64,000 bases of DNA from Vulcanimicrobiota bacterium (lineage in GTDB: Bacteria > Vulcanimicrobiota > Xenobia > Xenobiales > JADMJV01). The stretch spans positions 9,235 to 73,234 of the forward strand of contig JBFWNU010000005.1 in NCBI GenBank assembly GCA_050250895.1, given 5' to 3'. Position numbers and translations under genes: made by a program. Below, piece by piece: positions 38,005 to 46,735 of this stretch. Under the pieces are notes generated by a model. The model was not told where the DNA came from. It was given only the letters and a program-made list of their open reading frames with translations, and did no database searches. The number at the start of each line of letters is the position of its first letter. Position 1 is the stretch's first letter.

Positions 38005-38068
38005 CTGACCAGGTTAGCCGGTCGGCCTGAAAAAAAGCTAAGAGGCCGCGAGGGGCGAACTCGTTGGT

Positions 38069-38920
38069 ATGAAAAGAGATTTCTCCGAAGCCCTCAAGCA
38101 AGCGCTGGCTGCGGCCGTGACCACAGCCAGGGGCGGCAGCGTCCACTCGGGTCACCTGCTGGCCGGGTTGCTCCAGTTTCCCCGCACCAAGGCCGCCCGT
38201 ATCCTGACCTGCCTGGGCCTGACCCAGGCGCGCCTCGAGGAACTCGAGGTGAGCGAGGACGGCGCTCCGGGCGACTTCACCCGACCGGTCCGCCAGGCGA
38301 TGGCCTCTTTGCCCAACTTTTACCAGGATCGCAAGCTGGCCATCTTCTTCAGCGGCCGCGACGAAGCGATCTTCCCCGAGCAGCTTGCCTATAGCCTCAT
38401 TCGCGAGCCCAGTTGCCAGGCGCCCGGCCTGCTCGGCCTCGAGCTCGACCGCTACATGGCCCAGTGGGAGTGGTTGAGCACTTCGAGCCTCGGCACGATC
38501 GGTTCCCGGCGCCGTCGTGGCGGCGAACACTCTGTCGACCTCAAGACCGATGACCTTAACCTCAGGCTGGCCCTCGACGGTATCCACGAGGGTTTGCAAT
38601 CGCTCGAAGGCGGTCTCGCCCTTGAGCCCGAGGTCGCCAACCAGTGCCACGAACTACTATCCAGGCTCCCCGAGGCCTGTGGGCCCATCCTCGACTACCG
38701 GCTCACCGCCACCGAGGTGCCACACCTGGAGCGCCTCGACAAGCAAGTTCGCCGCCTGGCCCGGCTGGCCGACGACCTGAGCCAGGTCGCCGCCAGCCAG
38801 GCTCCAGCCGAGATCCGCCAAGCTGCCGATCAGGCCCTGACCGACGCCATCACCCTGCACGACTTGCTCCTCACCAACCTCAAGCTCGGCTACAACCGCC
38901 TCGTGCGCGAATTGGAATGA
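38069..38920 (+). CDS. Clp N-terminal-domain-like protein without AAA module
   Basis: HSGHLLAGLLQFPRTKAARILTCLGLTQARLEE matches the Clp_N repeat. Confidence 0.5.
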   Translation: MKRDFSEALKQALAAAVTTARGGSVHSGHLLAGLLQFPRTKAARILTCLGLTQARLEELEVSEDGAPGDFTRPVRQAMASLPNFYQDRKLAIFFSGRDEAIFPEQLAYSLIREPSCQAPGLLGLELDRYMAQWEWLSTSSLGTIGSRRRRGGEHSVDLKTDDLNLRLALDGIHEGLQSLEGGLALEPEVANQCHELLSRLPEACGPILDYRLTATEVPHLERLDKQVRRLARLADDLSQVAASQAPAEIRQAADQALTDAITLHDLLLTNLKLGYNRLVRELE

Positions 38921-39009
38921 GCGCGGTCGATAAGCATACTTTCAGTCCCGCCGGTTAGGCTGCAATTCGTCCGGCCTGGCTTCTCGCAAATTGGAGAAGG
39001 CCTCAGAAA

Positions 39010-39570
39010 ATGGAAATCAGACTCAACGACACCGCTCGAGTACGCCTGGGTAAACTCGAGTTCGAACACGTCAAGGACGGAGCCCTCGACGACGGGCTGA
39101 CCCAGGTTGTCCAGGCTGCTCTGGGCGACAAGGCCATCCTGGGAGTAGAAGACCCCGCCTGGATTCAGGCTGAAGCCCGGCTGCGCGCCGGAGATTTCCA
39201 GGGTCTTGCTTCAGACGGCTGGCAGATCACGCAACAACGCAGCCCCTCATGGCTTGAAGACGGCCAACGTCACCAAGAGATTCAACAGGTTTTGAGCCGC
39301 TCGGTGGGCAACCGGGAGCAGGTCCAACAGAAGTCGGTGATGACCGTGACCACCGGCACCTTTCACTGGGACCGCAAGCACCGGGGAGACGCCCCCGAGG
39401 GGGCCGTTCCCGAGCCCTGCGAGTCTCCCAGCCACCGCTACCTCGAGACCTCGGCGGCCGCCGATCGGGCCAGGGTCGCAGTGGTCCTTTCGGGCCGCGC
39501 CGGAGCCTTCGCTCACGAGGCCGTGACCATCCACGGCGAAGAGGCCTTTATCAGTCCTCACCCCCAATGA
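39010..39570 (+). CDS. Hypothetical protein
   Basis: 186-aa ORF on the coding strand of the local operon; no recognisable motif. Confidence 0.4.
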   Translation: MEIRLNDTARVRLGKLEFEHVKDGALDDGLTQVVQAALGDKAILGVEDPAWIQAEARLRAGDFQGLASDGWQITQQRSPSWLEDGQRHQEIQQVLSRSVGNREQVQQKSVMTVTTGTFHWDRKHRGDAPEGAVPEPCESPSHRYLETSAAADRARVAVVLSGRAGAFAHEAVTIHGEEAFISPHPQ

Positions 39571-39632
39571 CCCGCCCGGCCGCTGCCAACTCCTTCGCGA
39601 GGGCATCGGCTGCAACTATCGAAATCTAGAAC

Positions 39633-41051
39633 GTGGATTTCGAACTGCCCGAGGTCGCCCACACGCGCACCCCAGAAGTCGAGGCGCTCTTGTTGGCCTG
39701 CGGACCTGACCCTGCCCCGACGCGCGTTTGGGTGAAGGTCCTCAAGTCCGAATTGGGAGCCAATCTACTGGCCAGGCTCGGAGTCACGCTCTCGGCCGTC
39801 GAGGAGGGGCTCGTTCCCTCGGCGGAGTCGATGGACAAGGTCCTTGGACACGCCGCCAGTCTGGGGTTGATGAGGTCAAGCGATTGCAGCGAATCCTTCT
39901 TCCATGCCCTGTTGAACGATCCCCTCAGCAACTTCAGCCAGGCCGCGGCTGAGCAACGAGAGAAGCTCTTGTCTCTGGCAGAGCAGCGCATTCGTTCAGG
40001 CGAGTTGACCTGGCTCGAGTTTGGCGACCGGTTCACGCCCGAAACCGAAGGCGAGCAGATAGAACGGTGCCTGGTCAAAGCGAGCTGGATCCCTGAGAGA
40101 ATTCGGGCCAGCTTGACCGAGCAGGCCAAGAGCTGGATCGGTCCGCCAATTGACGAACCTCTGGTCCTGGTTCCCAGCCTCGTGCAGTTAAAGCACCTTG
40201 CCTTTGCTCTAATCCGAAGTCCGGCCGTGCAGCATTTGATGAGCGGGGTGGGTGTGGTGCCCTCGCGCCTCGGCTACGCCTTCGAACGTCTGATGCCCGA
40301 GATGCCAGGAGAGTTGGCTCGACGCGAAGTGACGGTACCCCCGCGGATGTGGGTGGTCGTCCCGGCCTGCGAAGAAGCCCAGCGCCTGGGCCATGCCGAG
40401 GTCGTTCCCGACCATCTCTTGCTGGGCTTGCTGGCGGATGATGAGTGTGCGGCAAGCCTTGCCCTGGTCGAGGCCGGGTACGATCTGCGCCAGCTACGCC
40501 GCCAGGTTGAAGCCGGGCTACAGGCGGACCAGACTGGCGAGAGTCGCTTCAGCGAAGAGGCAAAGGAGGCTCTGGCCGCGGCCGCCTGGGCCACGCAGAG
40601 CTATCGGCCAGATTCTTTGTATTTGTTGGCGACGCTCTTGCCGATGTCGAGCCATCTCGACGAGTCGCTGGCGGACCTGCTGGGGCGAAGGGCCGCGGGC
40701 GACTTGGAGGACGGTCGCCTCGAGATGGGCGGGCTGTGGATCGGGATGCTCACCGAGGACGTCGTTTCGCGACTGGGTCCCCCAACCACGGTCGGCGAGG
40801 AGGAGGACCAACTTGGCTGGAGCGCCGACGGCGTCGTGGCGGTGATCTCTCAGGGAGCCGTGCGTCAACTGGCGGGTACGGAGATGATTCGAAATGGCCG
40901 GACGGTGCTTGGGTTTGGCGACTCGCGACGCAAGGCCGAATTGCTGCTGGGCCCCGACCTTTGCAAGCTAGTTCTCGGCGATGAGCCGGTCTGGGTGAAG
41001 GTCTCCTGCCTGGGAAACAAAGTCTGCATGATCTCCTTGGAGGCTGGTTAG
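39633..41051 (+). CDS. Clp N-terminal repeat domain protein (no ATPase domain)
   Basis: ACEEAQRLGHAEVVPDHLLLGLLADDECAASLALVEAGYDLRQLRRQVE and a second, degenerate Clp_N repeat. Confidence 0.5.
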   Translation: MDFELPEVAHTRTPEVEALLLACGPDPAPTRVWVKVLKSELGANLLARLGVTLSAVEEGLVPSAESMDKVLGHAASLGLMRSSDCSESFFHALLNDPLSNFSQAAAEQREKLLSLAEQRIRSGELTWLEFGDRFTPETEGEQIERCLVKASWIPERIRASLTEQAKSWIGPPIDEPLVLVPSLVQLKHLAFALIRSPAVQHLMSGVGVVPSRLGYAFERLMPEMPGELARREVTVPPRMWVVVPACEEAQRLGHAEVVPDHLLLGLLADDECAASLALVEAGYDLRQLRRQVEAGLQADQTGESRFSEEAKEALAAAAWATQSYRPDSLYLLATLLPMSSHLDESLADLLGRRAAGDLEDGRLEMGGLWIGMLTEDVVSRLGPPTTVGEEEDQLGWSADGVVAVISQGAVRQLAGTEMIRNGRTVLGFGDSRRKAELLLGPDLCKLVLGDEPVWVKVSCLGNKVCMISLEAG

Positions 41052-41545
41052 TCCAGACTTCCAGCTGGAACCAGGCGCGCCGCGAAGTCCTCGGTCTCGG
41101 GGCTGGCATAGAACCGGAGTTCTCGACCGTCATTGGTTGTAATGACGGCAAATGACGGCGGCCCGAGCATCATGGTATGACTGCTATGGGCGTACCCTAC
41201 CCGTGCAAGCAGAGTGTCCCACGCGTCCGCCTTCGCCTCCCGACGCCGGTCCGCGCAAAGGCTTTTCAACAAGCCCTCGAACTCGTCGATCGAGATTTCG
41301 AATTCGGCGGCGGGATTGGTTGACCAGTCGAGACCGGAGGGGCCGAACAGGCTGGCGCTTACCCGGGACTCCTGTGGAACCAGGGTCAAACGATAGCGCT
41401 CGCCGCCCAGCCGGACCGAGCAGACAAGTTCGTTGACCCTGGAGGCGTCAACCCAGAACGAGCGGGAGATGGCGAGCCCCGCCACGGTCAGCGTCAATCC
41501 CACCAGTAGAAAGACGACTACCCCTCGATTTAGGAAGCGCTCCAC
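41048..41545 (-). CDS. Membrane-anchored hypothetical protein (paralog of 44696..45193)
   Basis: 165 aa, N-terminal TM, shared motif L.C...L....RL...P.....NP.AEF.(L/I). Its 3' end contains the CTTCCAGCTGGAA palindrome (encoding PAGS). Confidence 0.5.
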   Translation of the reverse strand: MERFLNRGVVVFLLVGLTLTVAGLAISRSFWVDASRVNELVCSVRLGGERYRLTLVPQESRVSASLFGPSGLDWSTNPAAEFEISIDEFEGLLKSLCADRRREAKADAWDTLLARVGYAHSSHTMMLGPPSFAVITTNDGRELRFYASPETEDFAARLVPAGSLD

Positions 41546-41554
41546 CGTTCCAGT

Positions 41555-41830
41555 TTACAGCGAAGGCGCTGAGGTGTCGACAGGTTCGCTCAAGAAGAAG
41601 GCCTCGCCAAACTCGGGATGCGGCTGGATCGTGAAGCCGAGCCCTTCCAGCACACGTCGGAGTTTGGGATTCGGTTTGGCGCAGTGGACCGCATACACCA
41701 CCCACTCGATCCGCTCGAGTTCGCGCCGACGGGCGATTGCTCGCGCCAACCTGGCGACGGCCGGCAAGATTCCCTCGCCCCTCCCTCGATGTGAGCTAAT
41801 TTCGGCCCCAGACCTCCCTTCTGGGCCGAA
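41555..41830 (-). pseudogene. GNAT acetyltransferase remnant (C-terminal half only)
   Basis: Frame gives HRGRGEGILPAVARLARAIA...NPKLRRVLEGLGF (acetyl-CoA motif A and C-terminal motif) with an in-frame stop upstream and no N-terminal half. Confidence 0.4.
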
Positions 41831-42149
41831 TCACAAAGCCACCTGTCGTCTTCCAGCTGGAAGTCGTCCTGAAAATGTTCTGATTCCCTAACATTTGCAA
41901 TGAGAGGATTGTCCCCGAAGATTACTCCCAACTTCAATCGGGGCCACAACGTCCATGATGGGCGCTTTCAGCCCTCCCCGTACCGTCCATGGCTGGCGAA
42001 GTCGTTTTTCAGTCAGAGACCCTGCTCGCAGCCTCCTGTGACACGAGCCGGAAACCCAATAACCAAGCCGTTTCGTCGCGTTGATCCGGGCCGGATTCTT
42101 GAGTAAAATGGGATCATTCCTTGATTCTTCTTCTACTCGGAGGTCGGCT

Positions 42150-43337
42150 ATGTCATCATCTCTATCGGGACTCTCCCACTCACTACAACAGCTCTCACAC
42201 CAGCAACTACATCAGCGAAACCGCCAGGCCAGCCAGCGTTCTTTTGGCTGCGAATGGGAACTGGCCGCCCACCTGCTGGCCACCGAACGTAGCGGTCTCT
42301 ATCGCCACATGGGCAGCGGAAGTGTAGTCGGCTACGCGATCCGCCACCTCCATCTGCATCCCCAAAAGGCCGGCGAACTCCTCAGTTTGGCCAAAGTTTT
42401 CGAGCAACTGCCCCTGATCTCAGAGGCCTTTCGCGAGGGCAAACTCTGCTGGAGCAAAGCCCGCGCTCTCAAGCGGATCACCACTCCCGAAAACGAACGC
42501 GAGATGCTGGAATTCGCCCTCAAGAACAAGGCCCAGACGGTCGAGCGCGCCGTGGCTCTGACTCCCACTGAACACAAGCGCGGCCAGGCTTTGAAAGCTT
42601 CGCTCGAAGCTCGCGAAACCCAGCCTGGGCTTGAGTTTGTCGAGCAACCCGCAGAGGCAGTCCAAAAGCCAGCTACGACCTCCGTTCCCGCGGTTCCAAA
42701 GCTGAGACAGGTTGTTCTGCTGCTGACCCCCGAGCAGTATGCCATCTACGAGCAGGCCAAGAGAATGGTCGAGGCGCGCCAGGGCAAGCGCGTCAGCAAA
42801 GAGACGGCCGTGGCCGAGATGAGCAGGGCTCTGCTCGCCTCGGCAGACAACCGCAGCAAAGTGCGCCATCAGGTCATCGTCCACGTGAACGGTGTCACGG
42901 GCGAAGGGTTCTACGATACCGACCGGGGACTGCTGCCGGCCGAACCGGCGGCCGTTGACGAGGCGATGAAGCAAACCGGCATCGTGGTGGCTTGTCCCCC
43001 ACCCGAACTTCCAGCTGGAAGTACCCAGCCCGAGCAATTGCCGTTGCTGCCGAGTCGGTCGAAAGTGCGGCCGGGCCTTCCGGTGGGTTTGGTGCGAGCC
43101 GTGCATGCTCGGGCCTTAGGCCGCTGTGAGCGATGTTCGTGTGCTGGCGGCAACCTGGTGGTGCACCACGTTCGCGCCTGGTCCGAGACCCGGTGCCATC
43201 GGCTAGAGGACTTAGAGCTGTTGTGTCCGAGTTGCCACGCCAACGAGCACGAGAAAGACTTTGCAACCCGGCCGCAGTGGAAGGCCGCGCGGGAGGCCGC
43301 CGTGCAGCGTCGGCGCACCAGGTCTCGCTCGGGCTGA
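42150..43337 (+). CDS. DUF222 + HNH endonuclease domain protein (mycobacterial REP13E12-like family)
   Basis: C-terminal CERCSCAGGNLVVHHV...LLCPSCHANEH HNH motif. GGAGG RBS 7 nt before the ATG at 42150. The longer ORF begins at 42081. Confidence 0.7.
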   Translation: MSSSLSGLSHSLQQLSHQQLHQRNRQASQRSFGCEWELAAHLLATERSGLYRHMGSGSVVGYAIRHLHLHPQKAGELLSLAKVFEQLPLISEAFREGKLCWSKARALKRITTPENEREMLEFALKNKAQTVERAVALTPTEHKRGQALKASLEARETQPGLEFVEQPAEAVQKPATTSVPAVPKLRQVVLLLTPEQYAIYEQAKRMVEARQGKRVSKETAVAEMSRALLASADNRSKVRHQVIVHVNGVTGEGFYDTDRGLLPAEPAAVDEAMKQTGIVVACPPPELPAGSTQPEQLPLLPSRSKVRPGLPVGLVRAVHARALGRCERCSCAGGNLVVHHVRAWSETRCHRLEDLELLCPSCHANEHEKDFATRPQWKAAREAAVQRRRTRSRSG

Positions 43338-43339
43338 GG

Positions 43340-44239
43340 CTACCCGGTTTTCGGGCGGGGCCAAAGAGCCGGCGGCTTCTGGCGATTTTCGACCATGGCC
43401 TGGATTGCCTTCGGGGAGTGCCCCCGAGCGGCTAACACGCGGCGGGCGAAAGCTTCGAACTCGTCGCCCAGAACGTCTGCGACAAAGACCGGAAAGTGCC
43501 ATTGTTCGCAGCGTTGTTGGGCCCGCGGCAGGTAGACCTCGCCGCAGACCTGGCAGGTCTGCTCGCGATCAAAGGGCACGGCCATGTCGGGCGTCGCCTT
43601 GCAGCGAGGGCAGTGGCCGAATGTCGTGAGATACCCCAGGTCGGAGTGGCCGTAGGGCGCCAACTCGACCTGGAGTGGCAAGCTGCTGCGCAGGGCCAGG
43701 CGGAAGTGGGCGAACTCTTCGCCGTCGAGGGTCTCGAAGAGCTGAGATAGTAGGCCACGCTGATCGTCGGTAAGGGGTGACTGGAGCCAGAGACCGTAAT
43801 AGACAGGCTTCGTTTCAGGGAAAGCCGCGCGAAACGGCGCCTCCAGCCCAAGCTTGGCCACGCTCTCGAGCAGCCAATCCTCGGTCTCATCGGGATGGAG
43901 GTAAAAGGCACCGTGGCAACCCGCCGGCCGTTGACCGGCGAGATTGGCGTCGCAGCCGTGGCACAGACTCGCGCCGTGCTCGAGCAGAGCCCCGTGCAAG
44001 GGGAAGCCGATATACGGAAAATCACGCCACACGCCAGTATCATCGGGAATGTCGCAGCCATCGACCAGACAGATGTTCTCGAAGACCTCGCCGTCTCCCA
44101 GGAGGCCCAAATCGAAGAGTTCCCGAGAGGTGGCCTCGGGCGAGTTGGAGTGGGTGCGGTAGGCGCAGGGTCGCTCGAGGCACCACCGCACCGCCTGGAG
44201 GGTGGCCGGCACGGGGGGGATTTCGCGCCGCCCGGTCAC
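43340..44239 (-). CDS. Hypothetical Cys-rich protein
   Basis: Start placed at the GTG forming a GTGA overlap with the upstream gene's stop; the ORF track extends to 44317. Confidence 0.45.
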   Translation of the reverse strand: MTGRREIPPVPATLQAVRWCLERPCAYRTHSNSPEATSRELFDLGLLGDGEVFENICLVDGCDIPDDTGVWRDFPYIGFPLHGALLEHGASLCHGCDANLAGQRPAGCHGAFYLHPDETEDWLLESVAKLGLEAPFRAAFPETKPVYYGLWLQSPLTDDQRGLLSQLFETLDGEEFAHFRLALRSSLPLQVELAPYGHSDLGYLTTFGHCPRCKATPDMAVPFDREQTCQVCGEVYLPRAQQRCEQWHFPVFVADVLGDEFEAFARRVLAARGHSPKAIQAMVENRQKPPALWPRPKTG

Positions 44240-44685
44240 CTTGCCTGGAGGGTGTAGCTGTGGACCTGGCCGTTGTTGGGGTCGAAGTTCACCTGGAAGA
44301 GGCCGAAGTCGCGCCAACCAGCGGCCCAGCCACAGCCGGGACGGTCGATTCGCTGGGGCGGGCCATAGAGGGCCGTGAGTTCGGCCTCGGTGGTGTCGCC
44401 GTCGAAGTGCCGCTCTCCGTGGCTGAGACGAAGTCCCGATATGCTCCGGACCCGCCCGTCCTCTCCGAACTGCAGTTCGCGGCGCTCGTCGTAGGCCCAG
44501 AGGCGGTGCTCGGCGTAGTCGGGCGGGCCCAGCAGGTCGCGCACCTGTGTCTCGCTATCGCCCAGGCGAACGCCGTCGACGGCGAGTTGCGGGGTGGGTC
44601 GATGGAGGAACACCACCAGGGCCACTCCGGCTAGCAGGGCAAGAAGCTCGATCGTTCTTTTCACGTCGAGCCTACGCACGCCCAT
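44236..44685 (-). CDS. Hypothetical membrane-anchored protein
   Basis: 149-aa ORF with N-terminal TM (ELLALLAGVALVVFL). Confidence 0.45.
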   Translation of the reverse strand: MGVRRLDVKRTIELLALLAGVALVVFLHRPTPQLAVDGVRLGDSETQVRDLLGPPDYAEHRLWAYDERRELQFGEDGRVRSISGLRLSHGERHFDGDTTEAELTALYGPPQRIDRPGCGWAAGWRDFGLFQVNFDPNNGQVHSYTLQAR

Positions 44686-44695
44686 AGGCGACGGT

Positions 44696-45193
44696 TCAGG
44701 GGGCCGGGGCTTGAGTGGCCCAGACAGAGGACGGCAAGAGCCCTACGACAAAGCGATTGGTCTCTGGAGTGGCTGAAAGGCTGACCAGAGAGCCGTTGGT
44801 CTTCTCCAACTCCACCCAGGCGTAGAACGTCGACTGAGGGTTGCCCTGGGACGGCCCCAGGTTGATCCATCCCAGGCTATCGTCGAGTCTGTCATGGCGA
44901 TATTCGGCGGCGACTCGCGCCATCAACTCCTCGAGTTGAGTCGGGGTGAGGGTGAATTCGGCGATAGGATTCTCGCTGTCGAAGTCACGCAACTTGCAGC
45001 GAGCGGACCCGCCGGTTGGAGTCACTTGCAGTCGCCACACGCCGGCGGGTAGCACAATTCCGCACTCGAGGGAACGGACCTGGGCCGGATGGAGACTGGC
45101 AGAGTACCACAGCCCCGCAAAGCCCGCCGCCGTCACCAGCAGGCCGAGCACCATCAGGGCAAGGGGGTCGGGCCGCGGCCGAGGAGAGTCCAT
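44696..45193 (-). CDS. Membrane-anchored hypothetical protein (paralog of 41048..41545)
   Basis: 165 aa; LECGIVLPAGVWRLQVTP...NPIAEFTLTPTQLEEL aligns with LVCSVRLGGERYRLTLVP...NPAAEFEISIDEFEGL. Confidence 0.5.
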   Translation of the reverse strand: MDSPRPRPDPLALMVLGLLVTAAGFAGLWYSASLHPAQVRSLECGIVLPAGVWRLQVTPTGGSARCKLRDFDSENPIAEFTLTPTQLEELMARVAAEYRHDRLDDSLGWINLGPSQGNPQSTFYAWVELEKTNGSLVSLSATPETNRFVVGLLPSSVWATQAPAP

Positions 45194-45242
45194 CTCTGGA
45201 TGATAGCAACGGGGCCGGCTGGTTGTCGATAAGCCGAATCTG

Positions 45243-46703
45243 CTAGCTGCGCCAGAAAGGCTGCAACAGGCGCGACCAGTTGCGTTGCTTTTGCTGATAT
45301 TCCCAGGCCATCTTGTCCAGGCGCTTCTTGGGGATCTGGGTGGCTACCGAGGCATGGGTGGTCGGGTCGGCCACGTAGAGATAGCCGAGCATGTCGTAGA
45401 AGCGCTGCTGGTCCAAGGCTGACTCGCTCCAGTATTTCAGCTGCAGCACGTTGATCTTCTCGGCGGCCAGGGTCTCGTACCAGCGGGTCAGGGGCAGACC
45501 CAGCGGGCGTAGCGACGGCTCGCTGGCCACCAGCACCATGGCCAGTTCGGCGGCGGCATCCTCGGGTTCGCCGGTGATGGCCAGGTCGGCGTCGGCGATG
45601 AGCGCGAAAGCGAACTCTTGCAGCATCGAGAATTTCTCGAGTGCGGCCATGGTCTCCGCCGTCTGGGCCGGTGGGTAGCGGCGCGAGAGGCGGGCCTCGG
45701 CGTCGTCGAAGAAGTCCTGGCTGAGCAAGATCTGGCCCGAGTGGGGCAAGAAGGCGTTGCGCTGGAGTTCGACCTTCTTATAGACCACCGTCAGGTTTTT
45801 GGGCAGTTTGAAAGTGGCTTGCAAAAGCGAGACCATCTGAGCGAAGTTGCCACGTCGCGTCAGTTCGGTGATGGGCAAGAGCTTGCCCTCGGCGGGAACG
45901 AAGGTTAGGCTGCGCGGGTTGGCGGGTTCAGGGGTGACCGTCTGCAAGCGATAGGGTCCCGCGGTGACCTGGTGGGCTGCCAGCAGGCGACGCCAGCGGG
46001 CTACCTTTTGAGGATAGCGCTCGTGGGCCAGGCGCAGGCGGGTGTAAGGGACCAGCGGGCTGATGATGGGGCTCAGTTCGGTGGGGTTCGAACCGTAGAG
46101 AAAGCAGAGTATCTTGTAGAAGCGCTGCGAGTTCATCGAGTGCTCGTCCCAGAAGGCCAGTTCCGAGAGGCGCACTTCGGAGCTGCCCATCAGGCGAAAC
46201 CAGTTGGCCGCCGCCAGCGACTGTCCGACTCCGTGGTCAGAAAGCGCGTCAAGGCCAATCAGGGTGGCGAATTCGTCGGCCGAATCCTCTTCACGGCCGA
46301 CCGCCGGCAGGTCCAGTTCATGAATGAGGGCATGGCCCAGTTCGTGCAGCAAGATGAAGTCGACGGTGGCTCGCGTCTGTTGCTCGGGGTCGGGCAGGCC
46401 CGAGCGGCGGAACAAGTCGAGCAGAAAGGCCACCAGGTTGTAACTGACCGTGATGCGGTGCTCGGCCGGGCTGTACCAGGCGTTGATCTTGGGGTGCTCT
46501 TGATAGACGATGGGCAGGGCCCGGGGCAGCCGGTAGGTGCGGTTGATATAGGCCGGCAGGTCGCGGTGAAGCGGGTCGGCTTGCAACAACAACCGCATCT
46601 GCTCGCCCCGAGCGGTCGTGCCGGGCTGCCACTCCGAGGTGACCGCCGGCTGGGCGAAGGCAAAGCTGGTGAGTAAGAGCAGAAGAAGAACTCTGAGAAG
46701 CAT
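45243..46703 (-). CDS. Secreted putative zinc metallopeptidase, tandemly duplicated domain (DUF4344-like, HELGH motif)
   Basis: Signal peptide MLLRVLLLLLLTSFAFA; HELGHALIHELDLP in repeat 1, degenerate in repeat 2; repeated ...SxxxxxRFYxxLxxLYxxxP... motifs. Confidence 0.6.
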   Translation of the reverse strand: MLLRVLLLLLLTSFAFAQPAVTSEWQPGTTARGEQMRLLLQADPLHRDLPAYINRTYRLPRALPIVYQEHPKINAWYSPAEHRITVSYNLVAFLLDLFRRSGLPDPEQQTRATVDFILLHELGHALIHELDLPAVGREEDSADEFATLIGLDALSDHGVGQSLAAANWFRLMGSSEVRLSELAFWDEHSMNSQRFYKILCFLYGSNPTELSPIISPLVPYTRLRLAHERYPQKVARWRRLLAAHQVTAGPYRLQTVTPEPANPRSLTFVPAEGKLLPITELTRRGNFAQMVSLLQATFKLPKNLTVVYKKVELQRNAFLPHSGQILLSQDFFDDAEARLSRRYPPAQTAETMAALEKFSMLQEFAFALIADADLAITGEPEDAAAELAMVLVASEPSLRPLGLPLTRWYETLAAEKINVLQLKYWSESALDQQRFYDMLGYLYVADPTTHASVATQIPKKRLDKMAWEYQQKQRNWSRLLQPFWRS

Positions 46704-46735
46704 AGCGGCAGTCTAGCCAGGTCCGTTGTGATTGT

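Noticed and set aside
37081-38394. 437-aa plus-strand ORF
   Set aside because: Antisense to pyruvate kinase, and reads through the promoter region into the Clp_N gene in another frame.
41590-41949. 119-aa minus-strand ORF upstream of the GNAT remnant
   Set aside because: Does not continue the GNAT reading frame and lacks GNAT motifs; it lies in the degraded region around the palindrome and is probably spurious.
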